Source: Candidatus Enterousia sp. (GTDB lineage: Bacteria > Pseudomonadota > Alphaproteobacteria > Rs-D84). Taken from it: DNA of 64,000 nt. The translations under genes and the position numbers were made by a program. Below are positions 1-7,613 of this stretch, in pieces. The notes beneath the pieces were generated by a model. That model did no database searches. It saw only the letters and a list, made by a program, of their open reading frames with translations, and had not been told where the DNA came from. How positions within the stretch are numbered: the first letter of the stretch is position 1; each line of letters begins with the position of its first letter. The stretch spans positions 799 through 64,798 of the forward strand of contig JAZNVR010000015.1 of the NCBI GenBank assembly GCA_045592905.1, written 5' to 3'.

Positions 1-369
1 TGTATATCCACCAGTAATACGCCAATATCCTGAAAAAGGATAAAAATCCAGCAATAACGATGTGTGCCATGCATCTAGTTTGCCATTGTCTATTTTTACA
101 TCATCGCCAACATCAATACCATCACGCATAAACGAATCTATCGCAGAATCAATTGCTGATTTTAATGGATCGGAACTTGCAAAATCAATACGTGTACCAA
201 AATGACGAAACAAATACGATTCAAACTTGTTATTATAATATCCAGCAAAAACATTTAATCCACTGGTTGCAGACACACCAACACCAACACTGATACCATC
301 TGTCCAAAGCACGTCTGCATACACAACAGACGATAGCATGCAGATAAAAATCATCGGTATTGTTTTCAT
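1..369 (-). CDS. Outer-membrane beta-barrel protein paralog, N-terminal part only (gene runs off the window start)
   Basis: Absent from the ORF track because its stop lies outside the window. My own reverse-strand translation from ATG at 369 gives MKTIPMIFICMLSSVVYADVLWTDGISVGVGVSATSGLNVFAGYYNNKFESYLFRHFGTRIDF. This has a signal peptide and is colinear with GLQIGVGASVTSGVNGFIGYANKNFDSFWAKRFGVRFDF of the neighbouring 472..1473 protein. Confidence 0.6.
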   Translation of the reverse strand, partial: MKTIPMIFICMLSSVVYADVLWTDGISVGVGVSATSGLNVFAGYYNNKFESYLFRHFGTRIDFASSDPLKSAIDSAIDSFMRDGIDVGDDVKIDNGKLDAWHTSLLLDFYPFSGYWRITGGYT

Positions 370-421
370 GATATAAAAAATACACAAAAACACCTGGCAA
401 GACAATTAGCATATATTCCGT

Positions 422-447
422 ATAAAAAACCGCCACAATGGGCGGTT
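422..447 (-). terminator. Rho-independent terminator after the 472..1473 OMP gene
   Basis: On the minus strand, AACCGCC-N6-GGCGGTT (arms 428-434 and 441-447) is followed by a T-run. Confidence 0.7.
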
Positions 448-471
448 ATCATAAGAAAACAATACTATAAA

Positions 472-1473
472 TTAAAAACGATACATGAATCCAAGTTTAA
501 CCATAGGATAGAATTTCAAATCATCCAATTCAGATTGTGCATCTGCCACCGTTTCATTAATAATATTATTTACAGTATCTTCAAGCGGTGTACCCTGGAC
601 AGTTTCCCAAGAACCGTTTTCCATCATTTGCAAATTATCAAATGGAATATCCAAATTCAGTTGTGCAGACTTGTTTGTAAACACAACACCTGCATCCAAG
701 TAAATCTTGAATCCAGCGAACAAACCAAAGTCAAAACCAGTACCCAAATATGGGCCACGATAATCCCAATCCAATTCTGCTGTGCCATGTACAGAATTGC
801 CAACATACTTGAAATGAGTATCCATCAACTCAAATTCATATGAAGTATTATCTAACTCATCAATTTCGCCTGCAACATGTGCTGTTACATTTAAATTTCC
901 AAAATAATAACCGCCTGTCAGACGCCATCCGCCCAGCAGCCAAGTATTTCCAAATGGATAAAAATCCAATAACGCAGCATAATGATGTCCGTCCATCTCA
1001 AAATTAGAAATTGCCAAATTGTCGCCAATTTCAATTTCATCATCAATAATATCATTGATTGTTTCGTTTAATTTTGTTTTAACTGGGGACATTGTTCCAA
1101 AATCAAAGCGAACACCGAAACGCTTTGCCCAAAAAGAATCAAAATTCTTGTTTGCATATCCAATAAAACCATTTACACCACTGGTTACAGATGCCCCAAC
1201 ACCAATTTGCAACCCATGAGGAAAGGATGTTTTCTTGTTTTTTACATCTGAGACTTCGTCTGTTGATACGTCTACTTCTTCGTTGCTTGAAGATTCAGCA
1301 GCAGTTTCTGTTATTTTGGCCACATCTGTCGCAGATTCAGCGGCAGTTTCTGTCGCAGTCGCTTCAACAATTGCAGGTGTTTCTGCAACAGCATCTGTTG
1401 CAACAGTAGTTTCAGTAGCAAAAGCAGGCAATGCAATCCCAGCCAATAATGCAAATACAGATATTTTTTTCAT
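472..1473 (-). CDS. Outer-membrane beta-barrel protein with an acidic Thr/Ala/Glu-rich N-terminal region
   Basis: Signal peptide MKKISVFALLAGIALPAFA is followed by a low-complexity TETAAES-type segment and then amphipathic strand-like sequence. It ends in the aromatic OMP C-terminus KLGFMYRF. A hairpin terminator lies downstream. Confidence 0.75.
   Translation of the reverse strand: MKKISVFALLAGIALPAFATETTVATDAVAETPAIVEATATETAAESATDVAKITETAAESSSNEEVDVSTDEVSDVKNKKTSFPHGLQIGVGASVTSGVNGFIGYANKNFDSFWAKRFGVRFDFGTMSPVKTKLNETINDIIDDEIEIGDNLAISNFEMDGHHYAALLDFYPFGNTWLLGGWRLTGGYYFGNLNVTAHVAGEIDELDNTSYEFELMDTHFKYVGNSVHGTAELDWDYRGPYLGTGFDFGLFAGFKIYLDAGVVFTNKSAQLNLDIPFDNLQMMENGSWETVQGTPLEDTVNNIINETVADAQSELDDLKFYPMVKLGFMYRF
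1292..1353 (-). repeat. Intragenic imperfect direct repeat (20-mer twice, 42-nt period) encoding TETAAES...TETAAES
   Basis: gattcagcagcagtttctgt at 1292-1311 and gattcagcggcagtttctgt at 1334-1353 differ by one mismatch. The 42-nt period equals 14 codons. Confidence 0.8.
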
Positions 1474-1577
1474 ACTTTCCCTTTTTGTTTGGTTTATAAC
1501 CTAAGTATAAATGCCTAAACAAAATAACACAATAAAAAAAGTATTGTTAAAAACCTGTTTCAAATACTGCTTTTTTA

Positions 1578-1586
1578 TGATATAAT
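1578..1586 (+). promoter_or_regulatory. Extended -10 promoter box TGATATAAT
   Basis: Exact TGaTATAAT. Only 7 nt separate the hexamer from ATG 1594 and there is no SD, so the transcript is probably leaderless. Confidence 0.5.
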
Positions 1587-1593
1587 ACCAAGC

Positions 1594-2811
1594 ATGAAAA
1601 ACAAAATTTTTATTTTTTCGTTGCTGTTGTGCATGTATGGAATTAGCGCATCATATGCATCTGACTGCATTGGCCCAGATTGCGATATCGCCCCAATGGG
1701 TTTGGAAGATTTTGAACAAATAGAGGTTGTACAAGAACCAGTTTGGGACATGCCACCAATGCCAGAAATTCAACCCCAGGCAATTATTGTTCCAGAACAA
1801 AACATCAAACTGTATTCTGTAAAGCCAACTGTGCCAGATGACAGACCAAAATTGTGGGACGGCACAACCGGTGAATATAAACAGAAATTATCAGACAAAA
1901 CCGTTGATTGGGAAAATGGTGTGCCAATTTGGGATGATTCAATTGCAAGTTATAAATACAAGGATTTTTCTGACTGGTTCTTGGAACCTGGCAAAGATGC
2001 AATAATAAAAGGCGTATACACATTTGACGTTGTTGAACCACAAGAATTATATCAGCAAAACATATCAGACGCTGCCAAAACACTGGAACGTGTTGAAGAA
2101 TTATTGGCACCAAAAAAACCATCTGATAATTTATGGTCTTCGGTTTCATTAAAGCCAGAATATATTGCACAAGATATGACAACTGTTGTTGATGAAGCGT
2201 TTGGTAAAATTGATGACGGATGCCCATTTGAAACAGATGCAGAATGTGAAATTTGGCGAAAAAAACCTGTTGTTCGTGAAACTGTTTCACCACGCAGTCC
2301 AAAAATTCGTGATGCAAAATTGTACGACTTTATCGCAGCAGCAGCATGCAATGAAAATATCAATGCATCACACCCCGCTGCAAAACCATTACTAGACAGA
2401 TACAAAATGCTGATTAGCAATGCCCGGGCATGCTGTACAGACGGAATGGTATATTCATTACGCCAGGCAGGTGCAGATAATGCATTAATATATAAATTCT
2501 TGTCTGATGATGCGAACTTTTATGGTTTTGGCAGTCGCTGTTTAATGATGACAGACCATGATTTAGATACACAGTACCCAAACACAGCAACCGCTGTTGT
2601 TGCTGCAGACGTCAGAAACGGATGTTTATGTCGTGGTCGTCAATGGTTCCAAGCAATGCTGGCACCATTTGAACAGGCGTATAATGCATTACCAGAATTT
2701 AAGAAAGCAGACTTTTATTATACATATACAGATGGTTTGAAACGTCAGGTTACAGTGTCTGTTAACAACGATGTTCAAAATGTATTGAAACAACTGGAAC
2801 AATGTCCATAA
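1594..2811 (+). CDS. Hypothetical secreted Cys-rich protein (405 aa)
   Basis: Long ORF with signal peptide MKNKIFIFSLLLCMYGISASYA and many Cys residues. It has a promoter-like box upstream and a hairpin terminator after the stop. I recognise no family. Confidence 0.65.
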   Translation: MKNKIFIFSLLLCMYGISASYASDCIGPDCDIAPMGLEDFEQIEVVQEPVWDMPPMPEIQPQAIIVPEQNIKLYSVKPTVPDDRPKLWDGTTGEYKQKLSDKTVDWENGVPIWDDSIASYKYKDFSDWFLEPGKDAIIKGVYTFDVVEPQELYQQNISDAAKTLERVEELLAPKKPSDNLWSSVSLKPEYIAQDMTTVVDEAFGKIDDGCPFETDAECEIWRKKPVVRETVSPRSPKIRDAKLYDFIAAAACNENINASHPAAKPLLDRYKMLISNARACCTDGMVYSLRQAGADNALIYKFLSDDANFYGFGSRCLMMTDHDLDTQYPNTATAVVAADVRNGCLCRGRQWFQAMLAPFEQAYNALPEFKKADFYYTYTDGLKRQVTVSVNNDVQNVLKQLEQCP

Positions 2812-2814
2812 CAG

Positions 2815-2840
2815 AAAACCGGCAAATGCCGGTATTTTTA
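2815..2840. terminator. Bidirectional hairpin terminator between convergent genes
   Basis: The CCGGC-AAAT-GCCGG hairpin is flanked by an A-run on one side and a T-run on the other. It sits between stop 2811 (+) and stop 2838 (-). Confidence 0.65.
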
Positions 2841-3326
2841 TTCTTTTTCTATTATTATTTTTGATAAAACTGATGAATGACACGCAACTTGTTCTGCACA
2901 CCCCTTGGCACAGGCATCACAGTTTTTTGCTGTTAGTTCGGGATAAAAATACCCCTGTACCCATTTGGATTCACCGGGATATGTTCGCTTGCACGCACAA
3001 TTACCACCACGACCTGTATCGTATCCATTTGGCGGATTATCAGGATTAAACCCAACAAATTTACCACTTTCATCAAAAGTATTAGTGCACATACTTATAC
3101 CTTCTATCTTTCCCCACGGAAACGACACGCCCCAAACATTATTCACAGCATCTTTTTTATACGGTGCACCGTGAACTGAATCCGTAAGCATATCTACTGT
3201 TGTTTCTTTGATGCATATTTGTAATTCTTGGGTTGGCGTAATATTGGTATTATTTTTTACGCATATCGTTAAATCATCTGCATAACAATTTGTAACAAAC
3301 AAGAATACAAAAAATAATTTCTTCAT
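2838..3326 (-). CDS. Hypothetical small secreted Cys-rich protein (162 aa)
   Basis: Signal peptide MKKLFFVFLFVTNCYADDL and about 11 Cys. SD AAAGGA lies upstream, 12 nt after the stop of the preceding ORF. Confidence 0.6.
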   Translation of the reverse strand: MKKLFFVFLFVTNCYADDLTICVKNNTNITPTQELQICIKETTVDMLTDSVHGAPYKKDAVNNVWGVSFPWGKIEGISMCTNTFDESGKFVGFNPDNPPNGYDTGRGGNCACKRTYPGESKWVQGYFYPELTAKNCDACAKGCAEQVACHSSVLSKIIIEKE

Positions 3327-3338
3327 ATCATAAATCCT

Positions 3339-3848
3339 TTAATTTATTGAATGATATACACCGTCCAACAAACGAACGTTTATTGCTTCTGGTGATTGTC
3401 CTAAATCCATATTTATATAACACGTACCTTTTTCTAGGCTTATTGCAATTGCATGTTCTGTATTCTTATTTGCAAACAGATTATTGGATACATTAACAGA
3501 CGTATGAATAAACGTTGCAAAATCACACAGTGGCGGTGTCAATATACATTTAGATTCACCAACAGCATCAGATGTAACACTAGAACAATCTGGCAACGTG
3601 GTTTTATCCAGGGAATAACGGGCACCATTACAGCCAGTTGGTGAATTGTTATCCGTATTACAAAAGTAAGTTTTAGGACTTGCAGCCATAATACTGTAAC
3701 CGGTTGGACAAGAACCTGTTCTGGAAAAAATTATTTTTTTATATCCCAAATCTGGAAACACATTCCATAAACGATATCCCGACGGGCATTGCATATCTGC
3801 AAATAACACAGATGGCATAAACAACAAAAACAGAATACTTTGTTTCAT
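3339..3848 (-). CDS. Hypothetical small secreted Cys-rich protein (169 aa)
   Basis: Signal peptide MKQSILFLLFMPSVLFADMQC and about 9 Cys. SD GGGAG lies 7 nt upstream of the ATG. This is the first gene after the structured leader. Confidence 0.6.
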   Translation of the reverse strand: MKQSILFLLFMPSVLFADMQCPSGYRLWNVFPDLGYKKIIFSRTGSCPTGYSIMAASPKTYFCNTDNNSPTGCNGARYSLDKTTLPDCSSVTSDAVGESKCILTPPLCDFATFIHTSVNVSNNLFANKNTEHAIAISLEKGTCYINMDLGQSPEAINVRLLDGVYHSIN

Positions 3849-4043
3849 TTTTTATCTCCCAAAATAAAACCACCTGTTTTTGGTGGTTGGGAGGTTGGAA
3901 ACAACTACACGAATTGTGCCGTATATTAGTATATTTTACGACCCTCCCAACCAAGGTTGGGAGATTTTTCATCGTTAACCGATGCGTGCAACGGGTTTCC
4001 ACACCCCATCTTTAGAACACCTAAAGACATGTGTATTATAACA
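3849..4043 (-). promoter_or_regulatory. Structured 5' leader with mutually exclusive hairpins (attenuator-like), including a TGtTATAAT box at 4035-4043
   Basis: In RNA sense, CUCCCAACC (3963-3955) is followed by UU and GGUUGGGAGG (3952-3943). After a 48-nt spacer comes CCUCCCAACC (3894-3885), which overlaps the 5' arm of the terminator hairpin AACCACC/GGUGGUU. The SD is UUGGGAG (3862-3856). Confidence 0.45.
3861..3888 (-). terminator. Intrinsic terminator hairpin inside the leader, immediately upstream of the SD of the 3339..3848 gene
   Basis: On the minus strand, AACCACC-AAAAACA-GGTGGTT is followed by TTATTTT. Confidence 0.55.
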
Positions 4044-4061
4044 TTATTAGAATTAATACAA

Positions 4062-4089
4062 AACAAAAAAAATCCCCAAACTGGGGATT
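4062..4089 (-). terminator. Rho-independent terminator after the Skp-like gene
   Basis: On the minus strand, AATCCCCA-GTT-TGGGGATT is followed by TTTTTTT. Confidence 0.8.
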
Positions 4090-4097
4090 TTATTTTT

Positions 4098-4763
4098 TTA
4101 GAAACCTTTTGGTGTTTCCATTTTTACTTTTGATACTTTTTTATCAAGTGCCTTGACAACTTCGTTTGTAATATCTAGGTTTTCTGTATTTGCACCCGTA
4201 CGTGCCATACGACCATCAATCACCAATGACAATTTCTTTTTATCAATAACACCTTCTATGATTGGATCCAAGTGTTTTGTTTGGATTTCATTCAATGCCT
4301 TTTGATAAGACACTTCTATACCCTGGGCACGTTCTGTCAAATCACGTTGCAGTTTTGTTACCTTGTTTTGATAATCAACAACACGACGTTGTAACGCTTC
4401 CTGAGATAGGACATCCTGTGATTTTTCAATTTCTGCTTTTTCTTTTTCTAAACTTTTTTGACGTGCAGTTAATTCATCACGTAATTTTGTTTCAAAATTT
4501 TCTTTCTGTTTACGCAGTTCTTTTAATACATTTGCCTCTGTCTGGATTGCATCCATACGAATTACTGCGATACGCAAACTGGCACCATTTGCAGCGTCCG
4601 TTGAAACTTCTTCAACAACATCTGCAACAGATGCGGTTTTACCAGAATTTAATGCACTGACTGCACATACGCCAGCCACAGCAACAGCGACAACGATTGC
4701 AGCGATAATACCTGTCTTTTTATAATTAATTACAGGTGAATTTTCAGAAGATTTTTTTACCAT
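4098..4763 (-). CDS. OmpH/Skp-family periplasmic chaperone with N-terminal membrane anchor
   Basis: N-terminal TM segment GIIAAIVVAVAVAGVCAV. The body is a long charged coiled-coil (LKELRKQKENFETKLRDELTARQKSLEKEKAEIEK...LQRDLTERAQ) with the C-terminal LSLVIDG pattern typical of OmpH. Confidence 0.7.
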   Translation of the reverse strand: MVKKSSENSPVINYKKTGIIAAIVVAVAVAGVCAVSALNSGKTASVADVVEEVSTDAANGASLRIAVIRMDAIQTEANVLKELRKQKENFETKLRDELTARQKSLEKEKAEIEKSQDVLSQEALQRRVVDYQNKVTKLQRDLTERAQGIEVSYQKALNEIQTKHLDPIIEGVIDKKKLSLVIDGRMARTGANTENLDITNEVVKALDKKVSKVKMETPKGF

Positions 4764-4830
4764 TTTCCATCCTTTTATGTTTTGTTATACGCCCACTATA
4801 ACAACAAAAAATAAAAATGAAAAGGGAAAG

Positions 4831-5505
4831 TTATCGGACTGGACTAATTCTAATTTCAACACGACGATTTGTCAGACGACCAATATCATCTTGGGCCGCA
4901 ATTGGACGTGCAGAACCACGACCAACAATAAACATACGGGCAGTATTTATACCATGCTGTGATAAATATACCGCAACACGCTGGGCCATATCAGATGAAA
5001 ATGCAACAGCGGCATTCGTATCACGCATTGCATCTGTATAGCCAGCAATTTCAATAAATGTTGCATCATATTCTTTTAATATATTCGTAATTATTTTTAA
5101 TGTATCTGCACCAGTTTGTGAAATATCTGCAACGTTTAATTCCATAATCGCATCACGCACCAATACAATGACAACGTCCGTACCAGCACGCTGAACAGAC
5201 ATGCCTGGTTTTCGCAACGCATCATACAATTTGTATTCCAACGATGCCATATATTGACGTGCCAACAAATTATCATTTGATATCTTGTCGCCATATTCTG
5301 ATTGTGCGTCTGGTTTTACAACCGCAGACATTAATCTGCCCCCGGCACCCAAATATACAGGCCGCTTCGCCAATCGTGCTGTTTCTGTCATATCTGTAAA
5401 ACTGGCACCATTAAGATAATGCGACCACGATTGTCTGTCTGGACTGCTGTATTGAACGCAACCAGAAATAAAAAGACATAGTAAAAATGATATTATTTTT
5501 ATCAT
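4831..5505 (-). CDS. OmpA/MotB-domain lipoprotein
   Basis: Lipobox LFISGC. The C-terminal peptidoglycan-binding OmpA-like domain reads IAGYTDAMRDTNAAVAFSSDMAQRVAVYLSQHGI...NRRVEIRI. Its ATG directly abuts the TAA of the pilin gene. Confidence 0.8.
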   Translation of the reverse strand: MIKIISFLLCLFISGCVQYSSPDRQSWSHYLNGASFTDMTETARLAKRPVYLGAGGRLMSAVVKPDAQSEYGDKISNDNLLARQYMASLEYKLYDALRKPGMSVQRAGTDVVIVLVRDAIMELNVADISQTGADTLKIITNILKEYDATFIEIAGYTDAMRDTNAAVAFSSDMAQRVAVYLSQHGINTARMFIVGRGSARPIAAQDDIGRLTNRRVEIRISPVR

Positions 5506-5964
5506 TTATTGAACGACAAACGAAACCTGGTTTGTATCTGTATCAAAACAGTTTGTTGTTATATCTGTCTCAAAACCATTTATTAATATTTTGGTCGCCC
5601 ATGTCGGCTGTACCGTTGCAAAATAATTACATTCACCATTTGTTAAATCAACCAAATTAATAGAAAAATAAGTCCCATCAATACTAGATTGCACAGACCA
5701 ATCTTTACCACCAATCGGTGATTTGTCAGAATTTATAGCACCAGCCTTAATCAAATAATCAACAGAAACACCCTGATACGAACCACGCATTTCCATTAAT
5801 ATTTTTGTGTTTTGTGCAATTTGTTTCAATTCTGCACTGGCAATGCTGCGAATTTGATTTTGACGCAACATATTATATACCCCCAAACCAGCAACCGTCA
5901 TAACACCAGTAATTGCCATAACACCAACAATTTCTATTAACGAACGTCCAGATTCTGTTCTCAT
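5506..5964 (-). CDS. Type IV pilin / pseudopilin-like protein (152 aa)
   Basis: Prepilin-type N-terminus MRTESG|RSLIEIVGVMAITGVMTVAG has a short leader, Glu at +5 and a hydrophobic helix. There is a C-terminal Cys pair (GECNYF...TTNCF). SD AGGAG lies inside the dnaX 3' end, and the ATG is 1 nt after the dnaX stop. Confidence 0.7.
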   Translation of the reverse strand: MRTESGRSLIEIVGVMAITGVMTVAGLGVYNMLRQNQIRSIASAELKQIAQNTKILMEMRGSYQGVSVDYLIKAGAINSDKSPIGGKDWSVQSSIDGTYFSINLVDLTNGECNYFATVQPTWATKILINGFETDITTNCFDTDTNQVSFVVQ

Positions 5965-5965
5965 A

Positions 5966-7528
5966 CTATTTCACTCCTACGATTTGTGCATCTTCAAACA
6001 AACTCATGGCGCTAGCAACCAATGGGTCAGATTCTAATTCTTCCTGCTTTTGTTCTGAAACAGTTTGTGTGTTAACGCTTTCTGATACACGTGTTAAAAC
6101 CCATGTCTTGCCGGTTTTTTCTGACAACCAAACGGATAGTTTATGAACAAAATCCGCATCACCAACACGATCAAAGAATGTTATCTTGCCGTCTTCAAAT
6201 TCAGATATTTCAATATTATCACTAAAATAAGAATATAATAATATTTCCCTGTGTGATTGTAATGCAGCACCCAATTCATCCGCAGACGATAACGTCAAAT
6301 ACGTTTGTTTTTTATCAGGTTCTGCAACCGATTGCGACATTCTGTTTTCTAGAATATTTTTTACAGAACGTGCATGATTATCAGATTCTTGTTGTTTTAA
6401 TAAATCAGGAACAGATGGAATTTCTGCCACATGCATACACCTGATAATCAACATATCAAAACACTGCTTTTGATTGGTTGCAGCCTGCATTTCAGGAACG
6501 GACGCAACCATAACCTGCCATATTCTGGATAATGTATTCACACTGATACGTGCATTCAAATTGCAAATCTGTTCACGTTGATCTGCGGTATATGGTGAAC
6601 TAACCGTATCACCGGCATGTAATGCTGGATGCATACGTGTTGCCCAATGTGTCCATTCCATCATATCAGTCAGCAACATTGATAAATCTGCACCGTTGTT
6701 ATAAATAGAATCAACCTTGTCTAATGCGGCCGCAACATCACCAGATAATATAACCTTCATTAAATCAACGACAACACCACGATCTGCACGCTTTAACATA
6801 TCAAGAACAGCGGCTTCGTCAACATTACCACCGGTTTGTGCAATCGCCTGGTCCAACAAAGACAAGCCGTCACGAACAGATCCGTCTGCAGCACGTGCCA
6901 ACAAATCGTTTGCACCATCTGTTAGAACGACCTGCTCTTGCTGTGCAATCCATGCAAAATGTTTCTTTAACGTTTCAATTGGAACACGAACCAAATCAAA
7001 TCGCTGACAACGGGATAATATTGTAACAGGAACCTTTCTTATTTCTGTCGTTGCCAATATAAAAATCACGTGTGCAGGTGGTTCTTCAAGTGTTTTCAAC
7101 AACGCATTAAACGCAGATGTAGATAACATATGCACTTCGTCAATAATATATACTTTGTATCTGCCATTTGTAGGTCTGTATTGTGCAGCATCCAAAATAT
7201 CACGCATATTATCAACACCTGTGTGCGACGCTGCGTCAATTTCCATAACGTCAATATGCTGACCAGATGCAATCGTACGACAATTTTCACACGTACCACA
7301 TGGTGCAGATGTCGCCCTGTCCGAAGACAAACAATTTAATGCCTTGGCAAAAATACGTGCTGTACTAGTCTTACCAGTACCACGAATACCCGTAAAAATA
7401 TATGCATGTGCAATACGTGATGTTTCAATCGCAGTGGTAAGTGTTTTTACCAATACATCCTGACCAATAAGAGATTTGAAATCTTGACTGCGGTACTTAC
7501 GTGCTAAAACAGTATAATTATTATCCAT
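5966..7528 (-). CDS. dnaX: DNA polymerase III subunit gamma/tau
   Basis: Shows Walker A GIRGTGKTSTARIFAKALNC, the Zn module CGTCENC, DEVHMLS and SRCQRFD. The track ORF extends to 7582, but homologs begin at MDNNYTVLARKYR, which is ATG 7528. Confidence 0.93.
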   Translation of the reverse strand: MDNNYTVLARKYRSQDFKSLIGQDVLVKTLTTAIETSRIAHAYIFTGIRGTGKTSTARIFAKALNCLSSDRATSAPCGTCENCRTIASGQHIDVMEIDAASHTGVDNMRDILDAAQYRPTNGRYKVYIIDEVHMLSTSAFNALLKTLEEPPAHVIFILATTEIRKVPVTILSRCQRFDLVRVPIETLKKHFAWIAQQEQVVLTDGANDLLARAADGSVRDGLSLLDQAIAQTGGNVDEAAVLDMLKRADRGVVVDLMKVILSGDVAAALDKVDSIYNNGADLSMLLTDMMEWTHWATRMHPALHAGDTVSSPYTADQREQICNLNARISVNTLSRIWQVMVASVPEMQAATNQKQCFDMLIIRCMHVAEIPSVPDLLKQQESDNHARSVKNILENRMSQSVAEPDKKQTYLTLSSADELGAALQSHREILLYSYFSDNIEISEFEDGKITFFDRVGDADFVHKLSVWLSEKTGKTWVLTRVSESVNTQTVSEQKQEELESDPLVASAMSLFEDAQIVGVK

Positions 7529-7584
7529 CCTGTTGATATCCTTTTGGAAACAGCATAGCAAAAACCAACTAAATTTCAACAATT

Positions 7585-7610
7585 AAAACGCACCATATTC
7601 GGTGCGCTTT
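7585..7610 (-). terminator. Rho-independent terminator after the DUF4167 gene
   Basis: On the minus strand, CGCACC-GAATAT-GGTGCG is followed by TTTTAATT. Confidence 0.7.
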
Positions 7611-7613
7611 ATT

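Noticed and set aside
233-436. Track ORF of 67 aa on the minus strand
   Set aside because: It overlaps, in a different frame, the better-supported partial OMP paralog (ATG 369). It also runs across the terminator hairpin at 428-447. Its Cys/Trp-rich odd composition suggests a spurious ORF.
535-1504. Several plus-strand ORFs (535..843, 1019..1219, 1191..1409, 1235..1504) antisense to the OMP gene
   Set aside because: These are shadow ORFs inside a well-supported minus-strand gene. Their composition is low-complexity or Cys/His-rich, and none has an SD or promoter.
3739-4002. 87-aa minus-strand ORF spanning the leader region and the start of the 3339..3848 gene
   Set aside because: It is out of frame with the downstream gene. 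It crosses the terminator hairpin and the SD, and it has no SD of its own. The region is better explained as a structured non-coding leader.
5966-7582. Programmed -1 frameshift site (A AAA AAG) for a gamma subunit in dnaX
   Set aside because: I found no A-AAA-AAG heptamer in frame in the middle of the gene. The only A-run (GAA AAA ACC near 6111) is close to the C-terminus and is not a slippery heptamer.
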